A stretch of 64,000 nucleotides of DNA, taken from contig JANOQR010000142.1 of the NCBI GenBank assembly GCA_031414935.1, positions 15,638 through 79,637 on the forward strand, in the 5' to 3' direction. Below, in pieces: positions 1 to 10,462 of the stretch. Both the position numbers and the translations under genes were made by a program. Numbering within the stretch: the stretch's first letter is position 1; each line of letters opens with the position of its first letter. This stretch comes from Luteolibacter sp. (lineage in GTDB: Bacteria > Verrucomicrobiota > Verrucomicrobiia > Verrucomicrobiales > Akkermansiaceae). The notes below the pieces were generated by a model. That model had not been told where the DNA came from. It ran no database searches and was given only the letters and a program-made list of their open reading frames with translations.

Positions 1-967
1 TGGTGATCGCCGACGAGGTGCCGCTGCCCAATGTAACGGGCGAAAGGGTAAGATTGGAATTTCCAGGATTTTTGATGTTGAACGTGATCGATGCGACCTT
101 GCCCACCGTGACCGTGCCGAGATTCGCGCCCGACGCAGGCTGAGGAGCGATGGGAGTGCCCACTGGCATTTCGACCGCGATATCGGGCGCGAGGCCTATG
201 CCCGTAAGATTGATGTCAAAGGGGTTTTCGTTGGGGTCATTGCTGGCAATGTGGATGGCGGCGGTGCGAGTCCCTCTCGCCGATGGTGTGAACGTCACGG
301 TGAACGTCGTGCTGCCTGAGGGACCGGGCACGGGCGCAGTAGGATTGGCGGTGATGGCAAAATCCGCCGCGTTGGTTCCGTCTTTGGTGATGGTGAGTCC
401 GGTGAGATTGGCGTTTCCGGTGTTCTTGATGGTGAAGGTGAGCGGAGCGCCCGTGCCGACATTCACCGAGCCAAAGTCTTTGCTACCGCTGTCCGCGATG
501 TTGGCATTGGCGCTATCTTCAACGACGATTTCCGGGGCCTGACCTGTGCCTGTCAGGGTAATGTTGAAGGGACTGTTTCCACTGTCGTTGTTGGTAATGC
601 GAAGAACGGTCGTCCGCGCTCCGTTAGCAGTTGGAGAAAATGTGACGGTGAAGGTGGTGGAAACACCAAATCCGAGACTCGTCGAAGCCGGAGTGCTCAC
701 GACGAAATCCGCCGTATTTCCTGTGGCTGTGGCCGCGCTGAGGGTCAAGTCGGCACCGGTGGTTCCGGTGTTTTTGACGGTGAAGGTGGTCGCAACGGAA
801 GATGAGCCAACGGCCGTGGTGGGGAACGGAATACTCGATGTGCCGCTGACTAAAGTCGTGGTGCCTTCTTTGACTTCAATCGTGGGAGCCGCCAATGCCG
901 TGGCCGCAGAGAGGCCGAGGAATGAGAGGACGGCGAAAATCCGGGATGGTTTCGGAATGTGTTTCAT
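1..967 (-). CDS. Secreted choice-of-anchor D repeat protein (C-terminal part runs off the window start)
   Basis: Not in the ORF track because no stop lies in the window. Manual minus-strand translation from ATG (967-965) stays open to nt 1. It gives the signal peptide MKHIPKPSRIFAVLSFLGLSAATALA, then three ~95-aa modules with TFT(V/I)KNTG ... F ... TF.P ... G.R ... I.(S/N)ND..(G/E)N(S)PF.I.LTG.G, the choice-of-anchor D pattern. The + strand ORFs 150..542 and 546..1157 are antisense shadows. Confidence 0.8.
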   Translation of the reverse strand, partial: MKHIPKPSRIFAVLSFLGLSAATALAAPTIEVKEGTTTLVSGTSSIPFPTTAVGSSSVATTFTVKNTGTTGADLTLSAATATGNTADFVVSTPASTSLGFGVSTTFTVTFSPTANGARTTVLRITNNDSGNSPFNITLTGTGQAPEIVVEDSANANIADSGSKDFGSVNVGTGAPLTFTIKNTGNANLTGLTITKDGTNAADFAITANPTAPVPGPSGSTTFTVTFTPSARGTRTAAIHIASNDPNENPFDINLTGIGLAPDIAVEMPVGTPIAPQPASGANLGTVTVGKVASITFNIKNPGNSNLTLSPVTLGSGTSSAIT

Positions 968-1019
968 CAGGCTTGGGATCGGGAAATGGGTGATAGCTGG
1001 GAAAGTCATGGGACGGGCG

Positions 1020-3029
1020 TTATTGGACACCTTGGAGCGTGGCGACGGAGCTGATGCGGCGGAATTCAACACGGCCAGAGAGGGTGAGATCGGACTTGAT
1101 GAGGCCACGGATGGTTTCAGAGAAATTTCCTTGGAGTCGGTCGGCGATGGGCTGTGAAGCATCAAAGGTGACGGTCATCGTGCGGTTCACGTCTGGGCCT
1201 TTCGGGAGGTTTTGGTGGTAGGCGTGGCGGTAGGGATTGGTGCGGTGGAAGGGATCCAGATTGACGACGGCTGTGAGCGACTGGCCGGCACCGACGGAGC
1301 CGCTGGCGTTCAGGTTCAGGCGGTAGGCTTCGGTGAGCTTGGGCGGGCGGATGCTGCGGGATTTCAGGTAATTGGGCAGCAGGCCGGGGATGGTGGCTTT
1401 GGCAGCGTTAATGGCGACGGTGCTGACGTTGATGAGGTTCGTATCGACCGGAGTGCGGATGGACGGGTCTTTGGCGAGGGCGGTTTGCAGGGCCGGGGAA
1501 AGGCTGGTGAGGAGCAGGAAATTCGGGTCGAAAATCATGTTTGCCTGGCTGACGCCATCGAGCGCACGGGGCATGTCGTAGGCGGCGGAGTCGATGCGAA
1601 CGCCGACGCGTTTCCCGTCGCGTTCTTTAATGCCCTCGAAAAAGGGAATCCGCGCGGGATCGACGACGAGGACACGCTCGGCGGGGATCGCGGGATCGGC
1701 GGATTTCGCCTGCATGACGGTGACTTGGGAGAGCAAGCGGACTTGGCCTGTGGCGTCGGAATGGAGGATCATCCGCAGCGGAGCTGTGCCTGCGGCGGGC
1801 CGGGCGGGTGCGCCGTCTTCCACGATGCTGGTGACGGAATTCGCAATCACATCGCCGACCCAAAGCCCGGTGACTTGGCTGGCTGGGACGCCTGAGACGA
1901 TGCCGACACCTTGCTGGATTTCACTGCGGACAGCGGAAATCGGCAACCAGAAGGATGCGCCGGTGGGCGAGGTTTTCAGGCGGTAAAGGTTCGTGCGTGG
2001 AGCATCGTCTGGCCAAGCGCGCAGTCCGCCGAGAGTCAGCGTGGCGTTTTTCTGGGTGACGACCGTTTCATCCAGGGCGGCACTGGCACCGGCTCCGACA
2101 GCGGAATCGACGGTGTTGCCGCGGATGTAGGCGAGGCTGTTGGTCGCAGGCTTGACGACGTGCAGGGCGAGGCCGTCGTCGCTTTTGGAAATGAGGTCGA
2201 GTTCTGGGGTGACGCTGGCGGGTCCGAGGTTGCTGAAGTTGATTTCCTCTAAATCGAGATCCAGTTGATCGACGCCTGCACCGACGGTCACGGCGTCACC
2301 GGGTCCGCCGAAATCGAGCTTGCCAGTGTTGGTGCCATTGAAGGAAACGGAGACCGGACCCATGTAGTTCGAGGGGCCGGAGCAGAAGACCCAATAAGCT
2401 CTGCCGGAGGCCATCGCTTGGGTTCCGGTGACGCGCGCCCATGCGCCGCTGGCGTTGAGGCTGAAGATATTCGCGACGGAGTGCTTGCTACTTGCAGGAC
2501 CGAAGAACTGGTCAAAAGTAGGCGTCGCCTGCAAACCAAAGCCGATCAAGTTGTAGCGATCTGGATTCCATGTGGGTTTGAAAAAGCGAGCTTTCCCGAG
2601 CGAGATGGTGAGGGTGAAAGTGGGAGTGCTGGGCGCGACTTGGATGAGATAGGCAGTGTTGCCGTTGATGAGCGGGAGATTGTTGCTGCCGCTGGGATCG
2701 GTCCGTTTCCATTGCAGCCACTGATCTTGGTTGAAGGTGCTGATGGTACCGGGTTCTTGAGCGAAAAACTCGGCAAGTCCGGCCAACGGCTTGGGCGTGG
2801 CGACCGTCACGATGGCTGGATTGCTGAAAACCACCTGCGGCGCGAGCGTTTGGCCGGAGGCGTTGACTGGCTCGACTTCCAGCCAGACGGCGTTCCATCC
2901 GGCAGTCAAGGTGACGGACTGAGTAGCGTTTTGAGCGTGCGCGACGCCTGCGATGGCCAGGAAACCAAGAAGGAGGCCGCGTGTCAGCCGGGGAAATAAG
3001 GATTTCATAAAATGGGAAAATTGGATCAT
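1020..3029 (-). CDS. Secreted hypothetical protein (669 aa), translationally coupled to the upstream giant gene
   Basis: Long ORF with signal peptide MKSLFPRLTRGLLLGFLAIAGVAHA (alternative start M8 at 3008). The ATG at 3029 overlaps the stop of 3026..8611 by 4 nt. No catalytic motif recognised. Confidence 0.7.
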   Translation of the reverse strand: MIQFSHFMKSLFPRLTRGLLLGFLAIAGVAHAQNATQSVTLTAGWNAVWLEVEPVNASGQTLAPQVVFSNPAIVTVATPKPLAGLAEFFAQEPGTISTFNQDQWLQWKRTDPSGSNNLPLINGNTAYLIQVAPSTPTFTLTISLGKARFFKPTWNPDRYNLIGFGLQATPTFDQFFGPASSKHSVANIFSLNASGAWARVTGTQAMASGRAYWVFCSGPSNYMGPVSVSFNGTNTGKLDFGGPGDAVTVGAGVDQLDLDLEEINFSNLGPASVTPELDLISKSDDGLALHVVKPATNSLAYIRGNTVDSAVGAGASAALDETVVTQKNATLTLGGLRAWPDDAPRTNLYRLKTSPTGASFWLPISAVRSEIQQGVGIVSGVPASQVTGLWVGDVIANSVTSIVEDGAPARPAAGTAPLRMILHSDATGQVRLLSQVTVMQAKSADPAIPAERVLVVDPARIPFFEGIKERDGKRVGVRIDSAAYDMPRALDGVSQANMIFDPNFLLLTSLSPALQTALAKDPSIRTPVDTNLINVSTVAINAAKATIPGLLPNYLKSRSIRPPKLTEAYRLNLNASGSVGAGQSLTAVVNLDPFHRTNPYRHAYHQNLPKGPDVNRTMTVTFDASQPIADRLQGNFSETIRGLIKSDLTLSGRVEFRRISSVATLQGVQ

Positions 3030-6000
3030 GGCTGCTGCATGGTGACTTTGACGCGGATGAACTTGGCTCCGGTCGGGGTGGATGGAATGGAGGCGCGGAT
3101 CTCGCGGATCGTGCCGTTATCGCTGAGTGTCTGCTCGGTGATTCCAGTCGGGAACCAATCGACGAGATCGTTGGACCACTGCGGGGTGTAAACGAGGTTG
3201 GTGGCGGCGATGACTTTGGGGAAAGTGATGGAAAGCTCGCCGGAACCGAGAGCCATTTCTGGCAGGCCCTCTATTCCGGGCACCCAAGGCTCGAGGTTGA
3301 AGGCATATTTCAGGAGGTTGCAAATGCCGTCATGGGCGGGATCTGCTGAGGCTCCTGCGATGGCGGGATTTCCAGCGTCTGGGCCGAATTTTGCGCTCTG
3401 CCATGCGGCAAATGGATCGCCGCCAAAGGAAAGGAAACTGCCCGTCGTGGTTCCGCCGCCGTTGGTGGCGATGGCTCGGAAGTAGTATTGCTCTCCGGCG
3501 ACGAGGCCAGTGAGGGCGGTCTCGATGGGCAGTGGATCGGTGCCGGTAAGTCCAGTCGCGACTTGGACGAGGACTTGGGTGGAAACGATTTCCCGCAGGG
3601 TGGTGTGGCCGATTTCTCCCACGAGGACGCCGCCCGTCGGCGTGTTCGCGAGCGAGATGGGTTGGTCAAACTGGGCGACTTCGCCGAGTCCGTCCGCAGT
3701 GCCAGCCGTGCCGGAGCCGACGTAGGTGGCGACGAGGCCAGCCGGGCTGACGGAACGGATGCGGTGGTTGCCTTGGTCGGCGACGAGGAGCGTGCCATCG
3801 ACTTGGATGACGAGACCGGCGGGTGAGGTGAAGCGGGCACTGGTTCCAGTCGCGTTAGTCATGCCGGGCGTGGCAGATGATCCGGCGAAAATGGCGGTGT
3901 CTCCATTTGCGGCGATCTTGCGAATGGCGTGGCTGGATGCCTCGGTGACGAAGGCATTTCCGGTGGTGTCCACAGCGATGCCGATGGGATTGTCGAATTG
4001 AGCGACGCTGACTGCGCCGTTGGTGGAGCCTGAAGTCGCGAGCCCGGCGAGCGTGCTGACGGTGCCGTCCGGGCCGACTTTGCGGATGCGATGGTTGCCG
4101 CGATCCGCGACGTGGAGAGCGCCGTTTGCGTCGATGGCGAGGCCGGATGGGAGATTGAAACGGGCAGCTTCTGGGATGCCGTCGGTGTAGCCGGGTGTGC
4201 CGAGTCCGGCGAAGGTGCTGACCACGCCAGCGGCAGTGATCGCACGGATGCGGTGATTTTTCGAGTCCGCGACATAGACGACACCGTTGGCGAAAACGAT
4301 GCCCGATGGTTCGTTAAATTGCGCGGTATTTCCCGCTCCATCGGCAAAACCGAAAGCACCCGTCCCGGCGAGAATGGTCGTGCCGCTGGTGGTGATCTTG
4401 AGAATGCGGTGATTCAGCGTGTCTGCGATGTAGATGTTTCCGGTGGTATCGGTCGCGATGCCTTGCGGCTGGCTGAGTGACGCGGCGCGGGTGCTGACGG
4501 TCAGGCCGTCGAACTCGGGATCGAGCGACCACTCGAACCATGCGGTGGTGCTGCTACCCTTGGGATTTACGGTGGCGTTCAGGGTGGCTGAAGTTCCGGT
4601 GACGGCAGTGGCGGCGAGAGTGACGACGGCTGGTGGATCGAGGACGACGCCAGTGATCGGGAAGGTGAAAGTCGGCTGGCCGATGGCGTTGCTGGTGATG
4701 ATGATGTCACCACTGTAAGTTCCGGCGGTCGCAGCGGTGAGGGTGAAGCCAAGATTGAGCGAGGCGAGTGGGTTGATCGTCCACGGTCCGGCGGCGAGCT
4801 GGAAGCCTGCGGGGAGAGCGATGTCGCTGACGGAAAGCGGGAAGCTGCCGGGATTGGAAATCGTGATTTGGCGGACGACGGGCTGGCCGGTCGGGGTGTT
4901 TCCGAGATCGACGGCGGTGAGCTGGTTGTTCGCGACAGCGGTGGAGCCGTCGGTGACGGTGATGCCCGCCTGCGGAGTCACGAAACTGAGCATTTCACCG
5001 GAAACGGTGCCACGGTAGTTCGTAGCGACGGCGCGGAAGTAGTAGGCGCTGTTTGGTAAAAGCGGCTGGGGAATATCTGCGAAAACTGGACGCGGGCCGA
5101 CGCCGTTGGTCCGGGGCGTGACGGTGGCGATGGGCAGCTCTGCGGCACGGGCGACTTTTCTGGCTAGACTGGCCTGACTGACGAAGAGTTGGCCGGATGC
5201 GTCAATGGAAATGCCTGCGGGCGAGTTGAACTGGGTAGCGGTGGCGGGATAAAGACCAGCTCCAGTGAGCGGAGAGTCGATGGTGCCACTGATACCGGAG
5301 CCAGCGAGGGTGGTGACGGTGCCGTCTGCTTCCACGCGGCGGATGCGGTGATTTCCTGAGTCCGAAACGTAAGCGACACTGTCTGACTCCAGCGCGATTC
5401 CGGTGGGTGAGGAAAACTGCGCGGCATCTCCCAATCCATCGGCGAAAGCCGCCGAGCCGTCACCCGCGATGGAGAACGCATTGCCAGATAAGATGAGGCG
5501 AACGCGGTGATTTCCCGTGTCTGCGACCCAGACGTGGGTGCCAGCCGGATTGACCGCGAGGCCGCGTGGCGAGGAAAACTGCGCCAAGGCAGCACTGCCG
5601 TCGGTGGTGATGCCTGCTGCTCCGGTTCCGGCGAGGGTGGTCACATCGCCCGTGGAAACCGAGAACTGGCGGATGCGGTGATTTCCCATGTCCGCGATGA
5701 AGATGTTTCCTGCGGCATCCACTGCGACTCCGGTGGGATAAAGGAATTTCGCCGAGGCGGCGGGTCCATTTCCGAAGCCCGCGACGCCGGAACCCACGAT
5801 GGTCGTCACGGCTCCGGCTGGGGTGATTTTGCGGATGACGTGGTTCGCCTCGTCTGCGACGTAGAGATTTCCTGCGGCGTCTCTAGCGAGGCCGTTGGGA
5901 TTTTCAAAGCGGGCTGAAATACCGTTCGCGTTGACGAATCCGGCGATTCCAGAACCCGCGAAGGTGCTGACGACGCCTGCCGAGGTGACGCGAAGGATGC

Positions 6001-8611
6001 GGTGATTTGCCCGATCCGCGATGTAGGAGCCGCCGCTGCCGTCACTGACGATGCCTGTCGCTCCGGTCAATCCGGCGGTGGCAGAGCCAGTCAACGTGCT
6101 GACTTCATAAGGCGGGAGCAGGTCTGGATCGGTGGAATACTCGAAAATGACATCGGTGAGATTGTTTTTCGGATCGACGATGGCATTGAGCCGAGCACCG
6201 GTGGGCACGATGTTGGTGGCTGGCTCGGTGGACAGGATGGGAATTTCATAAAGGGTGAAACGGAGGCCCAGCGATTGAGTCACGGTGGTGGAGGAAACCC
6301 AGCGGATGTAATAGAGTGCGCCGGGATCGAGCCCGAGAGCATCGGCATCGAGGGTGGCGGTGACTTGCTGTTGGCCGCTGATCACGTCACCGACGAGGGC
6401 GGTGGAAATCATCTTGGTGTTCTGGATGATGATGCGGCGGATTCGGTCGTTCTCGCCGTCAGCAACGAGCAGGTTCTGATCCGGGCCGATGATGACTCCG
6501 GTGGGTGCATCGAATTTCGCGACATCTGAGCGACCGTCGAGGAATCCTGCCGTGCTCGTTCCGGCCACGGTGCTGACTTCTGCGCTGGAAATGACGATTT
6601 TCCGAATCCGCTGGTTCAGCTCGTCTGCGATGTAAAGGACGCCCACGCCATCGGTGCCGATGCCTGAGGGTGAGTTGAACTGGGCGGCGGTGCCGGTGGC
6701 GTCGAGGAAGCCGTCAGACGATCCGGCGAAGGTGGTCACTTCAGAAGCCAGCGGGCCGCCGGAGGTGATTTTACGGATGCGGTGGTTTCCGGTATCTGCG
6801 ACGTAGAGCGTGGTCCCGACGAGACAGAGTGCTTTTGGGGTATCGAACTTGGCGGTGGCTGGGGTGGTAGAATCGTCATTTCCAAACAATCCAGATCCGG
6901 CGTAAGTGCTGACACCACCGCTCGGCGTGATTTTACGGATGCGATGATTCAGGGCATCTGCGACGAAAACATTGCCGTCCGGGTCCACCGCGAGTCCGTA
7001 AGGATAGCTGAAACGCGCCGCAGATCCCGGTTGGTTCGAGAAGCCAGAATTTCCCGGACTGCTCGGGCCAGCGAGAGTTTCCACCGTCCACACACCGCCG
7101 ACGACGGCAGGGCGGATGAGCTTACAAATGCGGTGATTGAAAGTGTCCGTGACATAGACGCTGCCATCCGGGCCCACGGCGATGGCAGACGGGAAACTGA
7201 ATTTCGCGTCCGGCCCAGGACCACTGGCCAACCCGGAAAACGGGCCACTTCCGGCGATGGAACTGACGTTTCCGGCGGAGTCGATCATGCGAATCTGGTG
7301 ATTTCCTGAATCCGCGACGAAAACGTTTCCGAAATCGTCCTTGGCGATGGCTGTCGGCAAGGCGAATTCCGAACTCGCGCGAGGCCCGTTCGATTCGCCG
7401 CCGACTCCCGTGCCAGCGAAAGTGCCCACCACCGGCAGGAATTCGGGATCGGTCGAAACTTCGAAAAATCCTGTGGAATCACCCGATGGCACGCGGGTGT
7501 GGAGCGTGAGTCCTGTGGGGTTGTAATTGCTGACTTCCAACTCAGCCGCGCCGATGTCTGAGGCTGCGCCGAGTGCCCTTGGGAAACCGCGTTGATCCAC
7601 GAGAATTCCCTCATTTACCGCGTGATCGATGGCAGGCGAATCCGGCTGCGGCGGCATGGTAGGAGTCAGCCCGCCGTAGTCGCCCAGTGGCGCGAGCTTG
7701 GGATCGCCGCTGGTGAGATTGGAGGCAGAAACCGTGAAGGGGCCGAAGAAATTCTCGCTTTCAGGGGCCGTATTTCCCGCAACGATGGAACTCCGCAGGA
7801 TAAGCGCACTGCTGAAGTCATTGTAAACTCCGCCCCCTTTATTTCCCGCGTGATTCGCGGTGAGCGTGGCGTGGACGAGAGTCAACGCGCTAGTGTGATA
7901 GACTCCGCCGCCGAAAAGAAACGCAGAGTTTCCCGTGATGGTGGTATTCGTGATGGTGAGATTTCCCGAACTCGCGCTGTAAATCCCGCCGCCCAGCGAG
8001 CCAGCCGTATTTCCTGAAACGGTGCAGCCGATGACCTCCAGGCTGCCGATGCTGGAAACCGCGCCACCGTAGTTGACCGAGGTGCTGCCACTGAAAATCG
8101 AGTTTTCCAGCCTGAGTTGGCCAGCATTGTAAATCGCGCCGCCGAATCCGCTGGCGATGGCTCCAGTGCTATTTCCACCGCTTAACGTCAGTCGCTTGAG
8201 CGTCAAATCCCCCGCCCCGGTCACGCTGATGAGGCGAGTCGCGCCGCCGCCGTTTAGGATGACTCCCTTAGGCAGAGCACTGGCGTCGATGGTGACAACC
8301 TTGTCCACGACTAACTCACTGGAAAGCGCGATGGTGTGGGAAGTAGCCGTGAAAACTCCGGGCGCGAAGTCGATGACACCCGGTGCGGAAAAATCAATAA
8401 TCGCCTGTCGCAGCGAGCCAGCACCCGAATCGCTCGCGCTGGTGACCTGAATGTTCGCCGCGTGGCTGCTCGTGGGGATCAGGCAAGTGGCAAGTCCAGC
8501 CACGAGAAGCATTTTGCGAAAAATTTTCGCGGATTTTCGATCCGAACTTCCCGATGGGTCGCTCTTTTCAGGGTGATTTTGGATCTGGAAGGAACGGAGA
8601 ACGTTTTTCAT
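3026..8611 (-). CDS. Giant secreted beta-helix plus NHL-repeat protein (1861 aa)
   Basis: N-terminal hydrophobic signal (LLVAGLATCLIPTSSHA), then Pmp-like beta-helix repeats (GGAIYN, GGGIYS, GGGVYH, GGGVYN). More than 20 NHL-type blades follow, with the recurrent motif (A/V)D.GNHRIR(K/R/Q), interleaved with Ig/Fn3-like spacers (YYFRAVATN, YYFRAIATN). Confidence 0.85.
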   Translation of the reverse strand: MKNVLRSFQIQNHPEKSDPSGSSDRKSAKIFRKMLLVAGLATCLIPTSSHAANIQVTSASDSGAGSLRQAIIDFSAPGVIDFAPGVFTATSHTIALSSELVVDKVVTIDASALPKGVILNGGGATRLISVTGAGDLTLKRLTLSGGNSTGAIASGFGGAIYNAGQLRLENSIFSGSTSVNYGGAVSSIGSLEVIGCTVSGNTAGSLGGGIYSASSGNLTITNTTITGNSAFLFGGGVYHTSALTLVHATLTANHAGNKGGGVYNDFSSALILRSSIVAGNTAPESENFFGPFTVSASNLTSGDPKLAPLGDYGGLTPTMPPQPDSPAIDHAVNEGILVDQRGFPRALGAASDIGAAELEVSNYNPTGLTLHTRVPSGDSTGFFEVSTDPEFLPVVGTFAGTGVGGESNGPRASSEFALPTAIAKDDFGNVFVADSGNHQIRMIDSAGNVSSIAGSGPFSGLASGPGPDAKFSFPSAIAVGPDGSVYVTDTFNHRICKLIRPAVVGGVWTVETLAGPSSPGNSGFSNQPGSAARFSYPYGLAVDPDGNVFVADALNHRIRKITPSGGVSTYAGSGLFGNDDSTTPATAKFDTPKALCLVGTTLYVADTGNHRIRKITSGGPLASEVTTFAGSSDGFLDATGTAAQFNSPSGIGTDGVGVLYIADELNQRIRKIVISSAEVSTVAGTSTAGFLDGRSDVAKFDAPTGVIIGPDQNLLVADGENDRIRRIIIQNTKMISTALVGDVISGQQQVTATLDADALGLDPGALYYIRWVSSTTVTQSLGLRFTLYEIPILSTEPATNIVPTGARLNAIVDPKNNLTDVIFEYSTDPDLLPPYEVSTLTGSATAGLTGATGIVSDGSGGSYIADRANHRILRVTSAGVVSTFAGSGIAGFVNANGISARFENPNGLARDAAGNLYVADEANHVIRKITPAGAVTTIVGSGVAGFGNGPAASAKFLYPTGVAVDAAGNIFIADMGNHRIRQFSVSTGDVTTLAGTGAAGITTDGSAALAQFSSPRGLAVNPAGTHVWVADTGNHRVRLILSGNAFSIAGDGSAAFADGLGDAAQFSSPTGIALESDSVAYVSDSGNHRIRRVEADGTVTTLAGSGISGTIDSPLTGAGLYPATATQFNSPAGISIDASGQLFVSQASLARKVARAAELPIATVTPRTNGVGPRPVFADIPQPLLPNSAYYFRAVATNYRGTVSGEMLSFVTPQAGITVTDGSTAVANNQLTAVDLGNTPTGQPVVRQITISNPGSFPLSVSDIALPAGFQLAAGPWTINPLASLNLGFTLTAATAGTYSGDIIITSNAIGQPTFTFPITGVVLDPPAVVTLAATAVTGTSATLNATVNPKGSSTTAWFEWSLDPEFDGLTVSTRAASLSQPQGIATDTTGNIYIADTLNHRILKITTSGTTILAGTGAFGFADGAGNTAQFNEPSGIVFANGVVYVADSKNHRIRAITAAGVVSTFAGLGTPGYTDGIPEAARFNLPSGLAIDANGALHVADRGNHRIRKVGPDGTVSTLAGLATSGSTNGAVSVAQFDNPIGIAVDTTGNAFVTEASSHAIRKIAANGDTAIFAGSSATPGMTNATGTSARFTSPAGLVIQVDGTLLVADQGNHRIRSVSPAGLVATYVGSGTAGTADGLGEVAQFDQPISLANTPTGGVLVGEIGHTTLREIVSTQVLVQVATGLTGTDPLPIETALTGLVAGEQYYFRAIATNGGGTTTGSFLSFGGDPFAAWQSAKFGPDAGNPAIAGASADPAHDGICNLLKYAFNLEPWVPGIEGLPEMALGSGELSITFPKVIAATNLVYTPQWSNDLVDWFPTGITEQTLSDNGTIREIRASIPSTPTGAKFIRVKVTMQQP

Positions 8612-9001
8612 GAGAACTACTGGCTGATCGACCGGAATGCGATTTCCAAGCCGATCACTTTTTCGAGAAATCAGGGATTTTTGAGGTGATTTCTACGGTT
8701 TCGACCCCGGCTCATCGGCTCGATGAGAGAAAGATCGTCACTCGTCTAAAACGACTTCGAGCGGACGCTGGCAAATCTAATGATTAAGCTCAAGAAGAAT
8801 TAAAGAGATCTTAATAAATATCTCTGAGTTGCTGGCGTGGAAAATTTGCCGAGCATGAGAAATCCCAGAGCCATGAGCGACGCGGAGGAAAAGTTATCCG
8901 AAAAGCTGGAGGCAAAACTCATCGAACTGCTCGTGAGCAGGTTCTTGCGATGAGTTTTTCAGCAAATCGAATGCCTTCTCAGCACATCAAAAACCACCCA
9001 C

Positions 9002-9033
9002 AAAAAAACCCTGCAACCTTTTGAGTTGCAGGG
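9002..9033 (-). terminator. Intrinsic terminator downstream of tRNA-Arg
   Basis: Minus strand reads CCCTGCAAC-TCAAAAG-GTTGCAGGG followed by TTTTTTT, immediately 3' of the tRNA. Confidence 0.75.
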
Positions 9034-9042
9034 CTTTAAAAG

Positions 9043-9119
9043 TGGTACACCCGAAGGGACTCGAACCCCTAACCTTCTGATTCGTAGTCAGACGATCTAT
9101 CCAATTGATCTACGGGTGC
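9043..9119 (-). tRNA. tRNA-Arg (anticodon ACG), CCA encoded
   Basis: Manual cloverleaf on the minus strand: GCACCCG-TA-GATC-AATTGGATA-GATC-G-TCTGA-CTACGAA-TCAGA-AGGTT-AGGGG-TTCGAGT-CCCTT-CGGGTGT-A-CCA. Length 77 nt, with U33 and anticodon ACG in a 7-nt loop. Confidence 0.9.
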
Positions 9120-9202
9120 CTAGCGGCTTGCGCGGGGCGGAAACAAGCCGAGTTTTCAAGGCGGTGTCAAGAATTTCGGCTAAAAAATCTGCGCCTGATT
9201 TC

Positions 9203-10462
9203 TTAAGCACGGCTGACTTCTTCCGCGATGATACGCAGGCCATCTCTAACCACAGCCTCATCCATGGCGTAGGAGACACGGATGCATTGGTGGCGGTGAG
9301 GCCAGTCGGTGTCGTCGTGGCCGAAGAAAAAGTGGTGACCGGGGATGACGAGGACTTCACGTTTTTTCAGCCGCTCATAGAGTTCTTGGGAGGTGATGCG
9401 GAGGCCGGGAAACCAGAACCAGAGGAACAACGCGCCTTCGCTGACGTGCATGAACCAGTCCATTTCGTCCCCGAAGGCTTTCCGCGCGGCATGGCGGGCC
9501 AGGCGGCATTTCTCCTGATAAAATGGTCGGATAATCTCGCGACTGAGCTTGAGAATTTCCCCCGACTGGATGAGCGGCAGGGTGATTTGTTGGCCGATGT
9601 TAGGATTTGATAAGCCCGCGATGGCACTCATGGAGCCGAGGGCGCGGATGATTTCCGGCGGGCCGATGACGATGCCGGTGCGGGTGCCGGGCAGGCCGAG
9701 CTTGGAGAGGCTGAGGGTGAGAATGACGTGCTCGTCCCAGAACGGCGTGGCGTCGGTGAAAATGATGCCGGGAAACGGAGCACCGTAGGCGTTGTCGATG
9801 ATGAGCGGGATGCCGTGATGTTTCGCGATGGCGGAGAGGCGGGAAATTTCCTCGTCGGTTAGCACGTTGCCGGTCGGGTTAGTGGGACGTGACGCGCAGA
9901 TGGCGGCGATGTCGGGCGTGATGGCGAGTTGGTCGAAATCGACGCGGTATTTGAACTCGTGCGGCCCGGTTTTCTCGATGAGCGGGGTGACGGCGCGGAA
10001 GAGGTCACCGCTGACGCCTTGGTTCGCGTAGCCGATGTATTCCGGGACGAGCGGCAGTAAAATTTTCCGCCGCGTGCCATCGGGCATTTCTCCGGCGAGG
10101 AGGTTGAAAAGGAAGTAAAACGCCGTCTGGCCACCGCTGGTGACGGCGATGTTTTCAGCGGTGAGATTCCACCCGAATGTGTCACGAAAGAGCGTGGCGA
10201 TGGCGGAGAGGAAATGAGGATTCCCGCGCGGCGGATCGTATGCCGTCAGTGCCCGGTCCAGCCCACCGTCCTCAGCCATAATCTCTTCAAGCCGCCGCCG
10301 CCATACGGCGTTGATCGCCGGGATGCGTGCGGGTTGTCCCCCACCGAGCATTTTCACGTCCGGGCCACCGCTGGTCAGGGCTTGACCGAGGTCATCCATC
10401 AGATCGCCGATGCCACTGCCGGAGCCGAGATTTCTGCCGAAATTTGAAAATTTGTATGACAT
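9203..10462 (-). CDS. avtA: Valine--pyruvate aminotransferase (class I/II PLP aminotransferase)
   Basis: 419 aa, collinear with E. coli AvtA as I recall it. Shared motifs: MLGGGQPA.IP near the N-terminus, SRPTNPTGNV, IDNAYG.PFPGIIF, and SLSKLGLPG carrying the PLP lysine. Confidence 0.85.
   Translation of the reverse strand: MSYKFSNFGRNLGSGSGIGDLMDDLGQALTSGGPDVKMLGGGQPARIPAINAVWRRRLEEIMAEDGGLDRALTAYDPPRGNPHFLSAIATLFRDTFGWNLTAENIAVTSGGQTAFYFLFNLLAGEMPDGTRRKILLPLVPEYIGYANQGVSGDLFRAVTPLIEKTGPHEFKYRVDFDQLAITPDIAAICASRPTNPTGNVLTDEEISRLSAIAKHHGIPLIIDNAYGAPFPGIIFTDATPFWDEHVILTLSLSKLGLPGTRTGIVIGPPEIIRALGSMSAIAGLSNPNIGQQITLPLIQSGEILKLSREIIRPFYQEKCRLARHAARKAFGDEMDWFMHVSEGALFLWFWFPGLRITSQELYERLKKREVLVIPGHHFFFGHDDTDWPHRHQCIRVSYAMDEAVVRDGLRIIAEEVSRA

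Noticed and set aside
150-1157. Two plus-strand ORFs (130 and 203 aa) at the window start
   Set aside because: Both are antisense to the open minus-strand frame, which has a signal peptide and three choice-of-anchor D modules.
3026-8611. Recurring ...CGGATGCGGTGATTTCC... DNA motif, considered as a CRISPR-like or tandem DNA repeat
   Set aside because: The spacing is irregular and the motif lies in one continuous ORF, where it encodes the GNHRIR blade motif of the NHL repeats. These are protein-level repeats, not an array.
8873-8953. 26-aa ORF (MSDAEEKLSEKLEAKLIELLVSRFLR) between the giant gene and tRNA-Arg
   Set aside because: It is too short and there is no supporting context. It could be a leader peptide but cannot be supported from sequence alone.
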